Below, piece after piece: positions 1 through 12,141 of a DNA stretch of 64,000 nucleotides. The stretch comes from Eledone cirrhosa (taxonomy: Eukaryota): NCBI GenBank assembly GCA_964016885.1, contig OZ024744.1, forward strand, positions 91,822,001 through 91,886,000, in the 5' to 3' direction. Under the pieces are notes generated by a model. The model made no database searches and was not told where the DNA came from. It saw only the letters and a program-made list of their open reading frames with translations. Each line of letters begins with the position of its first letter. Position 1 is the first letter of the stretch. Position numbers and translations under genes: made by a program.

Positions 1-82
1 ATCCTTACGGGGTCGATAAAATAAAGTACCAGTAATGCACTGGGTAATTGCTGGCCTTGTGCCTAAAGTAGAAACAATTATA
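1..82 (+). mobile_element. 3' half of tRNA-derived SINE (family A), cut by the window edge
   Basis: Nearly identical to the 3' part of the full copy at 14795-14982 (ggggtcgataaaataaagtaccag...ggccttgtgcctaaagtagaaacaattat). Confidence 0.85.
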
Positions 83-152
83 ATTCTCGGTATTTATACT
101 TTGTAGCTTATTGATTACAGGGTTTCAGTAAGAGTTATTAACTCTAACTTTC

Positions 153-186
<34 letters not shown>

Positions 187-189
<3 letters not shown>

Positions 190-3100
190 ATAAAACCCTA
201 CCAAAATTAATCAAAATCGCCAACTCGCTATTTCTGGGATGGCTGTTCCCTTCGGTTCCTTCGGTATAAAGTAACGTTCAAATTTTTCTCGATTCTTCTC
301 TCCATTCGAACCCATTCATTCAATCACTTCTACGTCCTAATTTCACACTATATCATATTTTCACCATTCTATATCATATCTTTTCTCTAAAAATCATATT
401 TTCCCTATCACCGCATTTTCTCTATCGTATTTTCTTAAACAAAACAAATCTTGTATTTTCGTTTATTGTTAAATTATGCCCAAAATACGGCGATCTTATC
501 TTAAACCTTACATTCTCGCTAACAACCCATCATCCCTCCCTCCCGCCCCCACGCACCACCATTATTACGTGGACCAATCATAAGTCCATACTATCGCTTA
601 ACTGGTTGCTTTTCGATATGATAGATGGACTACGGAATTCTGGAGAGTTGAAGAGAGAAAAATGTGGACGCTCAGCGACAATGCCAAAGATAAAGCCAAA
701 TTCACCTCGTGGACGAGAATGCAAGCACTCCTCCTTGTTTCGGCCCAGGATGGCTAACACAACCCCCCCCCCCCCCCCCCCCCCCCCGCCCCACCGCTCC
801 CACCCTCCAAACGCAATCCAAAACTTCAGAGTTGCTACCATGAATGTAGGCACCTTAAAGGGTCGCGCTAACGAGGTTGTAGAAATGCTTGAACGTAAGG
901 AGGTCGATGTTTGTTGTATTCAAGAGACCAGGTGGAGGGGAGGGTCGGCTAGATTCATCGTGGGTAAAGAACGATGCTATAAGCTTTTCTGGGTGGGAAA
1001 TGACAATGGGTTGGGTGGGGTAGGAATCATGGTAGCAGAAAAGTGGGCAGATAAGATAATAGACGTAAATAGAGTGAACGACAGAATAATTAAAATAAGA
1101 CTTGTCCTCAATAAAACTACGGTGACAGTAATATCTGCGTACGCACCCCAATCCGGACTGCCCGGCGCTATAAAAGACAGATTCTACGAGAAACTGATGC
1201 TCGCTACCTCCCAAATAACCGACAGTGACTATATAGTTATTGCAGGCGACCTAAATGGTCACGTTGGACAACATTGTGACGGTTATGACGGAATCCATGG
1301 AGGCTATGGGTTCGGTACTAGAAATGAGGAAGGCTCCAGAATCCTGGAATTCTGCGACGCAAATAACTTAACTATCTGTAACACTAACTTCAAAAAACGA
1401 GACAATCACTTGATCACCTATAGATCGGGGGAACACACAAGCCAGGTAGATTATATCCTTACCAGAAGACGTGACAGAGTGTCTGTTGTTAACACTAAAT
1501 CCCACCCCCATGAAGAATTCACCTCCCAACATAGACTGATAATTAGCGACCTCATAGTCAGGACGAGACGTACTAGACAGCGGAAGTGGACTATCCTCAG
1601 GAGAAAAATATGGAAGCTAAAGGACCCCATAGCCAGAAATAAATTTCAAAGCATATTACTTGACGCTTTCGACAGTAAGGAAGAGCAATTAGAGTCGTAT
1701 AATATAGAGGAACAGTGGGAATTCCTGAGAGCAAACCTGCTGACGGCGGCAGACGAAGTCTGTGGCTGGAGCAGGCCTGTAGGTAGGAGGAGAGTAACAT
1801 GGTGGTGGAACAGTAAGGTGGAGGAGTCAATTAAGGCCAAAAAGCAGGCTTGGAAAGTATGGCGGGATGGGGGAAGTAGAGAAGACTATCAAGTGGCCAG
1901 GAGGGAAGCTAGGAGACGAGTGTACTTCGCAAGAAGGGAAGCGGAGGAAAGAAAGTTCAAGCATGTTCTACAACGTGAGGACCAAAAACGTGAGGTGTTC
2001 AGGATTGCCAGGCAATGTGTCAAGGAAAACCGTGATATTGTCGGGGAGAAGTGTGTACTTAACGATGATGGCATACTTGCCATCACCGACGCTGATAAGA
2101 AGGTAGCTTGGAAGTGTCACTACGAAAGGCTTCTAAATGAGGAGAACAAATGGGAGAAAGACAGTCTCCCCCAGATCGATCCAATAGAGGGACCAGCAGT
2201 GTTAGTTGAAGGTAGTATAATAAGTAAGGCAATCAAAGATATGAAGACGGGTAAGGCGGCTGGGCCTTCGGAAATAGTTGCTGAGATGCTGAAGGCATCT
2301 GGTTCGGTGGGACACACCATGGTCACCCGGATATTTAACCAAGTCGTACAGAATGGGGTTGTTCCGAAGGAATGGCGTAGCAGCATCATCGTTAACTGCT
2401 ATAAGGGAAAAGGAGATGCCCTAGATAGGAGTAACTATAGAGGCATTAAATTAATCGACCAGGTCATGAAGGTCACGGAAAAAGTAATAGCGCAACTAAT
2501 CAGAGAGAGAATTGATCTAGATGAAATGCAGTTCGGGTTTGTGTCAGGCAAAAGTACCACAGACGCTCTTTTCATTGTACGACAACTACAGGAGAAGTAC
2601 CTAGCTAAAAGTAAACCCCTATACTTAGCTTTCATCGACTTGGAGAAAGCCTTCGACAGAGTCCCCCGTTCCATTATCTGGTGGTCTCTTAGAAAACTAG
2701 GTGTTGACGAATGGCTTGTGAGAGCTATACAAGCCATGTATAAAGAAACAGTCAGTAAGGTTCGAATTAACAACGAATATAGTGAAGAGTTTAGCGTAAA
2801 AGTTGGTGTCCATCAGGGCTCTGTTCTTAGCCCCCTACTATTTATTATTGCCCTTCAGGCTATAACAGAGGAGTTCAAGACCGGCTGCCCATGGGAACTC
2901 CTATACGCAGATGATCTAACGCTCATAGCTGAATCAATGACCGAACTAGAGAAGAAATTCCAAACATGGAAGCACGGCCTAGAATCAAAAGGCCTTAAAA
3001 TTAACCTGGCTAAGACTAAAGTTCTAGTTTGTAGGAAAGAAAATAAGGCGGCGGTCCCATCTGGGAAATGGCCATGCTCAGTGTGTAGGAAAGGCGTAGG

Positions 3101-4365
3101 TAGAAACTCCATTTTATGTCCCAAATGCAAAGTATGGGTGCATAAAAGATGTAGTGGGATCACAGGTAAGCTAACTAAGAACATAGATTTTACATGTGGC
3201 CGGTGCTCTGGTGCAATAAGTAGCAGCAAGTGCCCACAAAATACTAGCTCCTTCAACTGCGCAGAGGGTTCTATAGAAATAGTGGACAGCTTCCGTTATC
3301 TGGGTGACAAAATCAGCAGTGGGGGAGGGTGCTCTGAAAGTACAGTAGCTAGAGTCAGAACTGGATGGAAAAAGTTCAGAGAGCTTATACCACTATTAGC
3401 CGCTAGAGGGTTCTCCCTAAAAATGAAAGGCAGGTTATACGATGCCTGCATACGAACAGCAATGCTGCATGGCAGTGAGACCTGGGCATTGTGTGCAGAG
3501 GATATACGCAGACTAGAGAGGAACGAAGCTTGCATGCTCCGCTGGATGTGCAATAGTAATATACGTGAACGGCAAAGCATAAACGAACTAAGGAAAAAAT
3601 TAGAAATAAGAGGGATCAGATGTTGTTTACTCGAGAGAAGGCTACGTTGGTACGGTCACGTGATGCGCATGAAAGACGACAGCTGTATAACAAAGTGCAG
3701 GGCAATAAAGATAGACGGTAGCCACGGAGTAGGCAGACCCAGAAAAACATGGGACGAGCTGATAAATTCCGACCTCACACGCTTACACCTCTCCAAGACA
3801 ATGTCACTGGACCGAGACCTTTGGCGGTACTCAGTAATAGAGAAGACCCGCCTTACCTAAATACAAAGTTATAACCTACTACAGTCAGTAGGCATCTCTA
3901 TCAAAACACCCCCCGTCCCACCACCTCCACCCCACCCACACCGCCCCTTTCAATGTAAAGTTATGTTGGTCCCACAACATCCAGGCCGAAACAAATGAGA
4001 TCGTGTAGGTGTCACGACAAAAAAACACACAGTCCACGCTGTAAATGTGGCCGTGTAGGCAACACGGTAAAAACCTCCCAGCCCCACACTGTAAATGTGG
4101 TTGGTGTTAGGAAGGGCATCCAGCTGTAGAAAACCCGCCAGACAGTCCACGCTGTAATGTGGCCGTGTAGGCAACACGGTAAAAACCTCCCAGCCCCACA
4201 CTGTAAATGTGGTTGGTGTTAGGAAGGTCATCCAACTGTAGAAAACCCGCCAGATAGTCCTATGCGAGCAAGACAACCACTCTTGCCTCAAGTGGGAAAA
4301 CCCCCGTCCAAACCCATGCAAGCGTGGAACACGGACGCTAAACCTGATGATGATGATGATGATGA
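187..4365 (+). mobile_element. Full-length RTE-clade LINE (5'UTR, single ORF, 3'UTR, (TGA)n tail)
   Basis: Single long APE-RT ORF. The 3'UTR ends in cccatgcaagcgtggaacacggacgctaaacc(tga)n. The left flank is (TA)n; the 5' boundary is approximate. Confidence 0.9.
606..3860 (+). CDS. RTE ORF: apurinic-like endonuclease + reverse transcriptase + PHD-like zinc finger
   Basis: 1084-aa uninterrupted frame. APE motifs TMNVGTL, CIQETRW, SAYAPQ, GDLNGHVG, SQVDYIL. RT motifs NYRGIKL, FIDLEKAFDRV, GVHQGSVLSP, LLYADD, FRYLG. RTE C-terminus RRLRWYGHVMR..GRPRKTW. The real start is probably an ATG at 619, 682 or 749. Confidence 0.93.
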   Translation: MLFDMIDGLRNSGELKREKCGRSATMPKIKPNSPRGRECKHSSLFRPRMANTTPPPPPPPPPHRSHPPNAIQNFRVATMNVGTLKGRANEVVEMLERKEVDVCCIQETRWRGGSARFIVGKERCYKLFWVGNDNGLGGVGIMVAEKWADKIIDVNRVNDRIIKIRLVLNKTTVTVISAYAPQSGLPGAIKDRFYEKLMLATSQITDSDYIVIAGDLNGHVGQHCDGYDGIHGGYGFGTRNEEGSRILEFCDANNLTICNTNFKKRDNHLITYRSGEHTSQVDYILTRRRDRVSVVNTKSHPHEEFTSQHRLIISDLIVRTRRTRQRKWTILRRKIWKLKDPIARNKFQSILLDAFDSKEEQLESYNIEEQWEFLRANLLTAADEVCGWSRPVGRRRVTWWWNSKVEESIKAKKQAWKVWRDGGSREDYQVARREARRRVYFARREAEERKFKHVLQREDQKREVFRIARQCVKENRDIVGEKCVLNDDGILAITDADKKVAWKCHYERLLNEENKWEKDSLPQIDPIEGPAVLVEGSIISKAIKDMKTGKAAGPSEIVAEMLKASGSVGHTMVTRIFNQVVQNGVVPKEWRSSIIVNCYKGKGDALDRSNYRGIKLIDQVMKVTEKVIAQLIRERIDLDEMQFGFVSGKSTTDALFIVRQLQEKYLAKSKPLYLAFIDLEKAFDRVPRSIIWWSLRKLGVDEWLVRAIQAMYKETVSKVRINNEYSEEFSVKVGVHQGSVLSPLLFIIALQAITEEFKTGCPWELLYADDLTLIAESMTELEKKFQTWKHGLESKGLKINLAKTKVLVCRKENKAAVPSGKWPCSVCRKGVGRNSILCPKCKVWVHKRCSGITGKLTKNIDFTCGRCSGAISSSKCPQNTSSFNCAEGSIEIVDSFRYLGDKISSGGGCSESTVARVRTGWKKFRELIPLLAARGFSLKMKGRLYDACIRTAMLHGSETWALCAEDIRRLERNEACMLRWMCNSNIRERQSINELRKKLEIRGIRCCLLERRLRWYGHVMRMKDDSCITKCRAIKIDGSHGVGRPRKTWDELINSDLTRLHLSKTMSLDRDLWRYSVIEKTRLT

Positions 4366-4414
4366 CACACACGCACACACACATATATATATATGAGCCT
4401 CTGTGTGTGTGTTA

Positions 4415-4452
<38 letters not shown>

Positions 4453-4713
4453 TAATAATAATAATAATAATGTTTTCTTTATTAACCACAAGGGTTTACA
4501 TAAAGTAGACATTAAGGACAGTACAGGACAATACAGGACGGTACAAATGGGCATTTCTGCGTGTAAAAAAAACAGGTTGAAATAAAATAACAAAGAAAAA
4601 TTCCCCAATAGGGGGGAGACTTCCGAGGGACATCTGTGGAGAAAGCCCATTAAAAGACCACAGTGGCCCTGACCACCAGGGCAAGTGCCCTCTCCCAGTT
4701 TTCCACCTTTAAT

Positions 4714-7700
4714 TTACAGACACATACTCAGAGAAGGCCCATTCATTCGGGCCATACTTGCTTCTCTCACCCATCTTTCAACAAAATGCTGGGAAGAGAG
4801 CACTTCCCTCTCTACCCTGATTTTCCTTTTCAAATGAAATTTGAAAAAGTTAATCAGGGCATCACCGAAGAGGTAAGTGCTCGTCTTCAGCCCTTTCAAA
4901 CGTGTCCACCATACTATCTCTTTCGCCATGGCCACCAGACAGATAAAAACTGCCTGCCCTTCCCGGTTAAAGGAAGGGGGCGGGGCAATCCTCACGATGG
5001 ACTCAGCTGATAGCTGGATCCGTCCTACACGTGACAGCAGGTGTTCGACATAAACCCACAAGTCAGCAATGCTCGGACACTGGATGAGTGCGTGCAGGAC
5101 GGTTTCGTCGCCCTGCGCGCATCTCGGACATGCCCGGCTGACGGCACCTCCATGCCTGTAGAGTTTATCCCGAACTGGCAAAGCTCCTCGGTAGCACTGC
5201 CAGGCCAGGATTTCTGGAAGTTGTTCATAGGCCCCGGCCCGAAAGTCCTTCCGATGAGATTGGCTAGTTGATTTTCGTCGACGCCTAGAGTTTCTCCAAG
5301 TACGTCGTCGCTCTTCCCCTCCACTAATCCCCTATAGAACGCCAAGGTGGAGTTTCCACCGATCACATTGCCCGATTGGTCGAGGGCTGTGAGCGCCTGA
5401 AGACATTCCAGTCTCCAAGCGTTCCCTCTCGGTCTTCGCTTGACCCAGGACTGCAGCTCCGTCAAGGAGACGAGCTGAGGAAAAACGTGTCTAGCAAACG
5501 GCGACCACACCTGATCACCGTCGAGGAAGAGGTGGAGATGTCGTAGCCTGAGCGCGTGTCTGCGCATCATCAGCCACGGCATGCCCAGCCCTCCACGTAG
5601 CGGGTGTTGACAGCAGATGGACCGCCTGACCATCGGAACGCGTCCCTTCCACAAGAAGCGAAAGAGCAAACGCTCCAGCGCAGTCAGGCGGGGCTTAGGA
5701 CAAGGTACAACGGTCAGGCGGTAGTAGATGACGGATGCGATGTACGCATTCGCCACCTCCGCTCGACCTTTCAGGGATAGCTTCCTCTCGGCCCATTTCT
5801 GGGTGAGAGAAGCCACCCTGCTCGTCACCTCGTCCCAGTTTTTGTCCGTCTGGAGGTCTGGACCGAACCAGACCCCTAGCAATTTAACCGGTCCCTCCGT
5901 CTAGCGCCCGACGAGGCTGTTGGACGGCATGGACCTGCCTCTCCAGGTGCCGAGCTGCAGGCCCACTGACTTTTCCTGGTTGATCATTGCTCCTGTCACC
6001 GCTTCGTATTCTCTTAGTGTAGTGCCGATCGCCTCGATGTGTTTGGCGTTCGACACCACTACGGTGACATCGTCGGCATATGTTGACACGGATCTTCCGC
6101 ATCCTAGTTCGCGCAGGACCCCCCTCAACGTCTCCAGTTTGTGCAGTAATGGCTCGAGAGTCAATACGTACAATAGGGACGAAAGGGGACATCCTTGGCG
6201 GACCGAGCGCATGATGTTGAACGGTTCCGAAAGGTGACCGTTCACTCTCACTACAGAGCAGATGTCGCTATGCATGGCAGCGATCCAGCCTCTGAAGACG
6301 GGCCCAAAGCCAGCCGCCCTCAGGACTGCCGCTAGGTAACGATGGTCGACCCTATCGAAAGCTTTCGACTGATCTAAATTGATCAAAGACCCACCCGCGC
6401 CAGGTTCCCTAGCTACCCTCTCTACGATGTATCGCATGAGGTGGAGGTTGTCGTGGATGGATCTGTCGGGAATGGCGCATGTCTGCGGCTCTCCCACCAG
6501 ACCACCAACGACAAGCGCCAACCTCTTTGCTAGCACCTTGGCCAAAATCTTGAACTCTGTGTTTAGCAGAGTTATGGGCCTAAAATTTTCTATGTTATCC
6601 CCCTTGTTCGGATCCTTTCTCAGCAGCGCCACCGCTCCTCGGCTCACAGAGCTGGGAATTCTCCCGTTCTGTTGCCAGTTGCAGTAGACGTCCGCCAAGA
6701 GGCCTCCGAACAAGTCTGGCATTTGTACGTAAAGTTCATAGGGCAGACCATCCAAACCAGGCGATTTACCCCTTGTGCAGCCAGTCATTGCCTCCCGTAC
6801 TTCAGCGGCTGTTATCGGCTTTTCGCAACACTCCGCCTCAGTGGCCGAGAGCCGCGGCAGTCTGTCGAGGTAGACACTAAAGTCCATCCCTCGATCCGGC
6901 CCGCCACTGCCCCCGAACAGTTGAGCGAAGTGTCGCTGAAAAGCTTCACACATTTTCCCGGGATCGAGTAGCATGCGCCCGTCGTGGTCCACCAAAGACC
7001 GGATCGTGGCTTTGTTGCCACGACGTGCCTCCGCCACTCGGGCCCATTGAATGGCTATCGTCCCCTCGTGTCTGAGAGCACGCACCCTAGCTCTGACAAC
7101 GCAGCCTTCGTGCTTTGCATTGAAGAATTGGTCAAGGGCCAATTTCGCCGCAAGTACGTCGGTCGCGATGCCTTTGCAAAGTGCCTCGTCTAATTTTCTA
7201 ACTAATTCTCCCTCTGCTCTATTTTTCTCTATTGCTAAAGTCTTACTAAACCTAATGGACTCTATTCTAATTGCTCTTTTCAGAGCAAACCACCACTTGT
7301 TGTTGACGATGGCCCCCGTCAACGCCCGCTTAACTAGTTCGCTAATCCGGTCTCTGTGGGCCTTGCGCGCTGGTAAGGACGCGTTTAGCTTCCAGTAGCC
7401 GGGTCCTCGTCTATGAAGCTTATCTAAGTCAAGCACACAGATCACGAATTTGTGGTCCGTGTAGCTGACTATCTTGAATTGTGGACAGCCTATGCTAGAC
7501 CTATCTATTTCCCTACAAAATACTCTATCTAGATATGATCTGGATGACCCTATGCGATTTGTCCAAGTCCACATTGGTACATTCGGGAAATCCAATCGGT
7601 ACCTGTCAGACAGTTCAAAACGCCTGAGCAGGTTGGTGAGACTCTTGCACCCTCCTTCCCTATCCACTAATCCCACACAATCCCAGCGTACATCTAAGAT

Positions 7701-8131
7701 CCCGTTCCAGTCGACCACTAACACTAAAGAGCGGGACGTTCCAAGAAAGGTCTCTAGATGCCGGAAGAAATCAGGCCGCCCTGCTCCTGTCGGGGCATAG
7801 ACGGCCACTAACCTGAAAGCTTGCCCGTCTCCGCTGGTCACGTCCAGCACCACCAACTTACCTTTGGGTCCAGGAAGATGGCCCGTATGGCAAGATCCAA
7901 ACCTCTCCGAAAAAGCACCGCAACTCCTCCCCCCGATCCCGGACGGCTGGGAGATGCGTACACATCGTAGCCGCCGAAGATCGGTGCGAAGGCCCGTGCT
8001 TCGGAGATTCTGGTCTCGCTGATGGCCACTACATCTATGTTTAGTGACCTGAGGTCGTTGAGCAGGTGGCCCTGCTTCCATGACGACCCCAAGCCACGCG
8101 CATTTATGCTGCCTATTCTAAGTGAGGTCAT
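4714..8131 (-). pseudogene. Tx1/L1-type ORF2 (APE + RT + C-terminal zinc knuckle) broken by frameshifts and a stop
   Basis: Pieces 7838-8131 (GSINARGL..ISET), 5901-8081 (VYAP, SYLDR, TDH, YWKLN, KSPGLDGL, FRPITLLN, LDQSKAFDRV, RQGCPLS, YADD), 5025-5882 (LGVWF, LSLKGR, GGLGMP) and 4714-5181 (CPRC..ETVLHALIQC). Confidence 0.9.
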
Positions 8132-8654
8132 GTTGAAAAGGAGTGGAAAAGATGGGAAAGACCACTTACCTTACTTCTCGTAGAGGAAGGACGGTTTTTC
8201 CATCCTTTTCACTGCTTGTGGCCTCCTCAGGAAGGATGTCCTTATAAATCTTCCTGGAGAGTGCTTGTCGGAAGTCTCCGATGTCTTTGGGGAATTTTTG
8301 TTTTAGTGTCATGTACGTTTTCTGTGTGATGCGAGTGATTTGTATGTGTGGAGGTGGTGTGAATTTTTGGGTTGTTGTGTAGTCTTTTTCTGTGATGCTG
8401 GTGTTGTGTTGGATGTAGTGTAATAATTGCTTGTTGTTCAAATTTAATGCTGTGTAGTGTGTATCGTTTTGGTTGTTTTGTTTTGTTTGCGTTTGTTGTG
8501 GGTTTGTTTCTGTTTCGCATTTTGGTGACGTTTGTGGTGTAGGTGATGGTGGTGTTGGGGTTAATGATGGTGATGGTGTTGGTGTTTGGGGAGATGGGTT
8601 GGTGATGCTGGTGTGGATGGTCGCATATCTGTCCTAACTTTTTTGTTTGTTAAT

Positions 8655-10152
8655 TTATTTGTTTCCCTCTGTATTTTGTTTTTGGAGGAAGAGAATTTTT
8701 TTCTTTTTTGGTTTCTCTTTTTTTTTTCCTGATACCGTTTCCCACTCCTCGTCGTCACAATCTGTCTCCAGTTGTGATAGGCCGGGGAGTGGAAAATCCT
8801 CCACAGGCGTTAGTTTTAGTTGTGGTGCGGTGGATGGTGTAGGCGCTGGTGCTAGTTCTGAAGCGTTGGGTGGTGGTGGTGTTGGTTTTGCTGGTGGTGG
8901 TGGTGTTGGTTTTGCTACTGTTGCTGGGGTTGTTGCTGTTATAGTTGCTTCTGTTGTTGCTGCTACAGTTGTTGCTGCCATCTCTGCTACTGGTGGTGTT
9001 GATGGTTGAGTCACTGGGGTGGGTAAGAGAGGTGGCCTCAACCTTTTAGCCTGAGGGCAGAAAGCCTTTAGGTGGGTTCCTTCACCACAAATGACACACC
9101 TAGGCCTTCTGCCCTCGACAATTACCGTGAGGTGGCTGCCGTCAGTGAGGTCTATTACCTCTGGGATCTCCTCAATGCTTTTTTGGTGCGCTTGGATCAG
9201 GAGCTTCATCCTAGATCCGGACCAGTTCTCCTGCTTTTCTTTTGCTATTTCGATTATCTTGGTGTTGGCCTCGATGCCGGCGAGGACGGCCGCTATTAGC
9301 CAGGGAATTTCGATGGCCGGTGGAACGTGGGTCACCCTGATCTTTACTAGTCTCTGGCCACAATAGCTTGGGACGAGTGTGAAGTCGTCACTTCTTAATG
9401 GGGCCATGGAGTGTTCTCTAGCCTCCTCTGGTGTTTCAAAGAACACGTCCACGGTTCCATACTTCTGCCCACGTCTGATGTGGGTTTTTCTTGCCCACAC
9501 ATGTCCCAAAGCTTTTTGGATTTGGGACTCGTTGCCCGTTCCACTCGGCGCGATTTTACATTTATTGTTCGATACGACACGGTGCATAGGCGCCGATGCT
9601 CCATTTTATTAGGTGTGTGTGGGGGAGGGGGGGCTGACGCTGTACCCATCTTTCTTTACCATTTGTTTGGCATTTTCTAATTCCTCCTGAGTTACCGTAA
9701 ATGCTTCGCACTGTTTTGCTACTCTGGCAAAACTCAGGGTGGTTTTTTTTAATGTCATTGTTGTTGTTGTTGTTGCTATCGTTATTTTTGTTATTATTAA
9801 TTTTAGTTTCAGTTGTGGTGGTGGTGACGTCAGTGGAGTTCGGTTTGGAAGAGTCCATTTTGGTTGAAAATATTTCGACATCACGAGTTGATTTATTTTT
9901 TCCTTTTGTTTCTGTTGTCGCGGTGGTGGTGGGGGTGGTGGTTGTCGCGGTGGTGGTGGTGGCGGCTTTAACACCTGCAGTCATTGGTAATGGCGGGAAA
10001 TGAATGTCTGCCTGAGACAAATTTAAAATATTGCTAGTGCTTAAATTGTTTGTGTTGGCAAACGTAGTATCATTTACAATGGTGGTGTCGGTGTGAGATG
10101 TTAATTTGTGAGGAAGGCTTTCAGCTGCTTGGTGCAAAGGTGAATTAGCCAT
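8655..10152 (-). pseudogene. Tx1-type ORF1 (gag-like, CCHC knuckle), frameshifted near the poly-C at ~9620
   Basis: ORFs 9562-10152, 9609-9974 and 8655-9587 lie upstream of ORF2. They include RCVICGEGTHLKAFCP (CX2CX4HX4C), a Pro/Thr-rich linker and WETVSGKKK. Confidence 0.75.
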
Positions 10153-10361
10153 TTTTTTTCAAAGAAATTTTTTGATAATCATAAAAGTTTAAATTTTGGG
10201 CACAAGGCCCCAATCTTTTGGGGTGTCCTTTTCGGAAAACAATGTATGTGCGCTTATATATAGTTAACAATAAAAATTTTCCATAAATGGCAATTTTTAA
10301 CAAACGGAAATAACAAACCTTTGCGGAGCTCACGATGATACGATTTACTACGTAGGTCGCC

Positions 10362-10402
<41 letters not shown>

Positions 10403-10405
<3 letters not shown>

Positions 10406-11740
10406 TTTCTTTATTAACCACAAGGGTTTACATAAAGTAGACATTAATGACAGTACAGGACAATACAGGATAGTACAAATGGGCATTTCTGCGTGTAAAA
10501 AAAAAGAAACAGAGGATGTAATAATAGAACAATGAAAAAATTCCCCAATAGGGGGGAGACTTCCGAGGGACATTGGTGGAGAAAGCCCATTAAAAAGCCA
10601 CAGTGACCCTGACCACCAAGGCAAGTGCCCTCTCCCGGTTTTCCACCTTTAATTTACAGACACATACTCAGAGTAGGCCTATTCACTCGGGCCATTCTTG
10701 CTTCTCTCACCCATCTTTCAACAAAATGCTGGGAAGAGAGCACTTCCCTCTCTACCCTGATTTTCCTTTTCAAATGAAATTTGAAAAAGTTAATCAGGGC
10801 ATCACCGAAGAGGTAAGTGCTCGTCTTCAGCCCTTTCAAACGTGTCCACCATACTATCTCTTTCGCCATGGCCACTAGACAGATAAAAACTGCCTGCCCT
10901 TCCCGGCTAAAGGAGGAGGGTGGGGAAATCCTCACGATGGACTCACCTGATAGCCGGATCCGTCCTACACGCGACAGCAGGTGTTTGACATAAACCCACA
11001 AGTCAGCAATTCTCGGACACTGGATGAGTGCATGCAAGACTGTTTCGTCGCCCTGCGCGCATCTCGGACATGCTCGGCTGACGGCACCTCCATGCCTGTA
11101 GAGTTTATCCTGAACTGGCAAGGCTCCTCGGTAGCACTGCCAGGCCAGGGATTTCTGGAAGTTGTCCATAGGCCCCGGCCTGAAAGTTCTTCCGAAGAGA
11201 TTGGCTAGTTGATTTTCGTTGAGGCCTAGAGTTTCTCCAAGTACGTCGTCGCCGCTCTTCCCCTCCAGTAATCCTCTATTGAACGCCGAGGTGGAGTTTC
11301 CACCGATCACATTGCTCGATTGGTCGTGGGCTGTGAGCGCCTGAAGACATTCCAGTCTCCAAGCGCTCGCTCTCGGTCTTCGCTTGACCCAGGACTGCAG
11401 TTCCGTCAAGGAAATGAGCTGGGGAACGACGCGTCTAGCAAACGGCTACCACACCTGATCATCGTCGAGGAAGAGGTGGAGATGTCGTAGCCCGAGCGCA
11501 TGTCTCCGCATCATCAGCCACGGCATGCGCAGCCCTCCACATAGTGGGTGTTGACAACAAATACGAATACGACACCCCGTAAAGGGGTGCCGTATTATTT
11601 AGTAGTGAACCGCTGTATTAGGTGGGCCACTTCTTCTAAACTTTTATCAAATTTAAAACTTGGATAAAAGGTTTAAAACGGTTGAGAACGAGGTAAAACG
11701 TTGAAAAAAAACTGGAGGCGATAAGAAGCGTGGCTTCACC
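10403..11740 (-). mobile_element. Second Tx1-type copy: 3' ~1.15 kb joined to a ~180-bp unrelated or diverged 5' segment
   Basis: 10403-11562 is closely similar to 4471-5620; homology stops at ~11562; bounded by (AAT)n on both sides. Confidence 0.85.
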
Positions 11741-11743
11741 AAC

Positions 11744-11784
<41 letters not shown>

Positions 11785-12141
11785 GGATGTTACAACCACT
11801 AAATATATATTTATTATATATATATATCGATGTGTGTGTGTATATAGGTATATATCTATATACATATAATATATATATATATATAAGAGAGTATTGAAGT
11901 TTGCTTGAAGCATTGTGGAATAATAAAGTAAATTTCTTTAAGTCGTTTGGAAGCCTCGACAATGCAGATGGGTAAATCTCCGGGTAACAAGATCCGGTGG
12001 TGGAGAGAGAGAGATGTAAGTGGGTGTACGTTGAGATGCGTGGTGTGTATAAGACTGTAACGTGTAGAGGAATGAAGCAAAGAGAGTAAAGGATAAAAAT
12101 AACAACACGAGAAAGAGTTACCTTGGGAAAGATTTAATTGT

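Larger units (their letters stand above)
4421..10361 (-). mobile_element. Full-length Tx1/L1-type LINE (ORF1+ORF2), disrupted, with (TAT)n tail
   Basis: Two-ORF architecture; 3' end with AATAAA followed by (TAT)n; the 5' end also abuts an (AAT)n array. Confidence 0.88.

Noticed and set aside
578-3580. Antisense and alternate-frame ORFs over LINE coding regions
   Set aside because: Shadow ORFs of the RT frames with no independent motifs.
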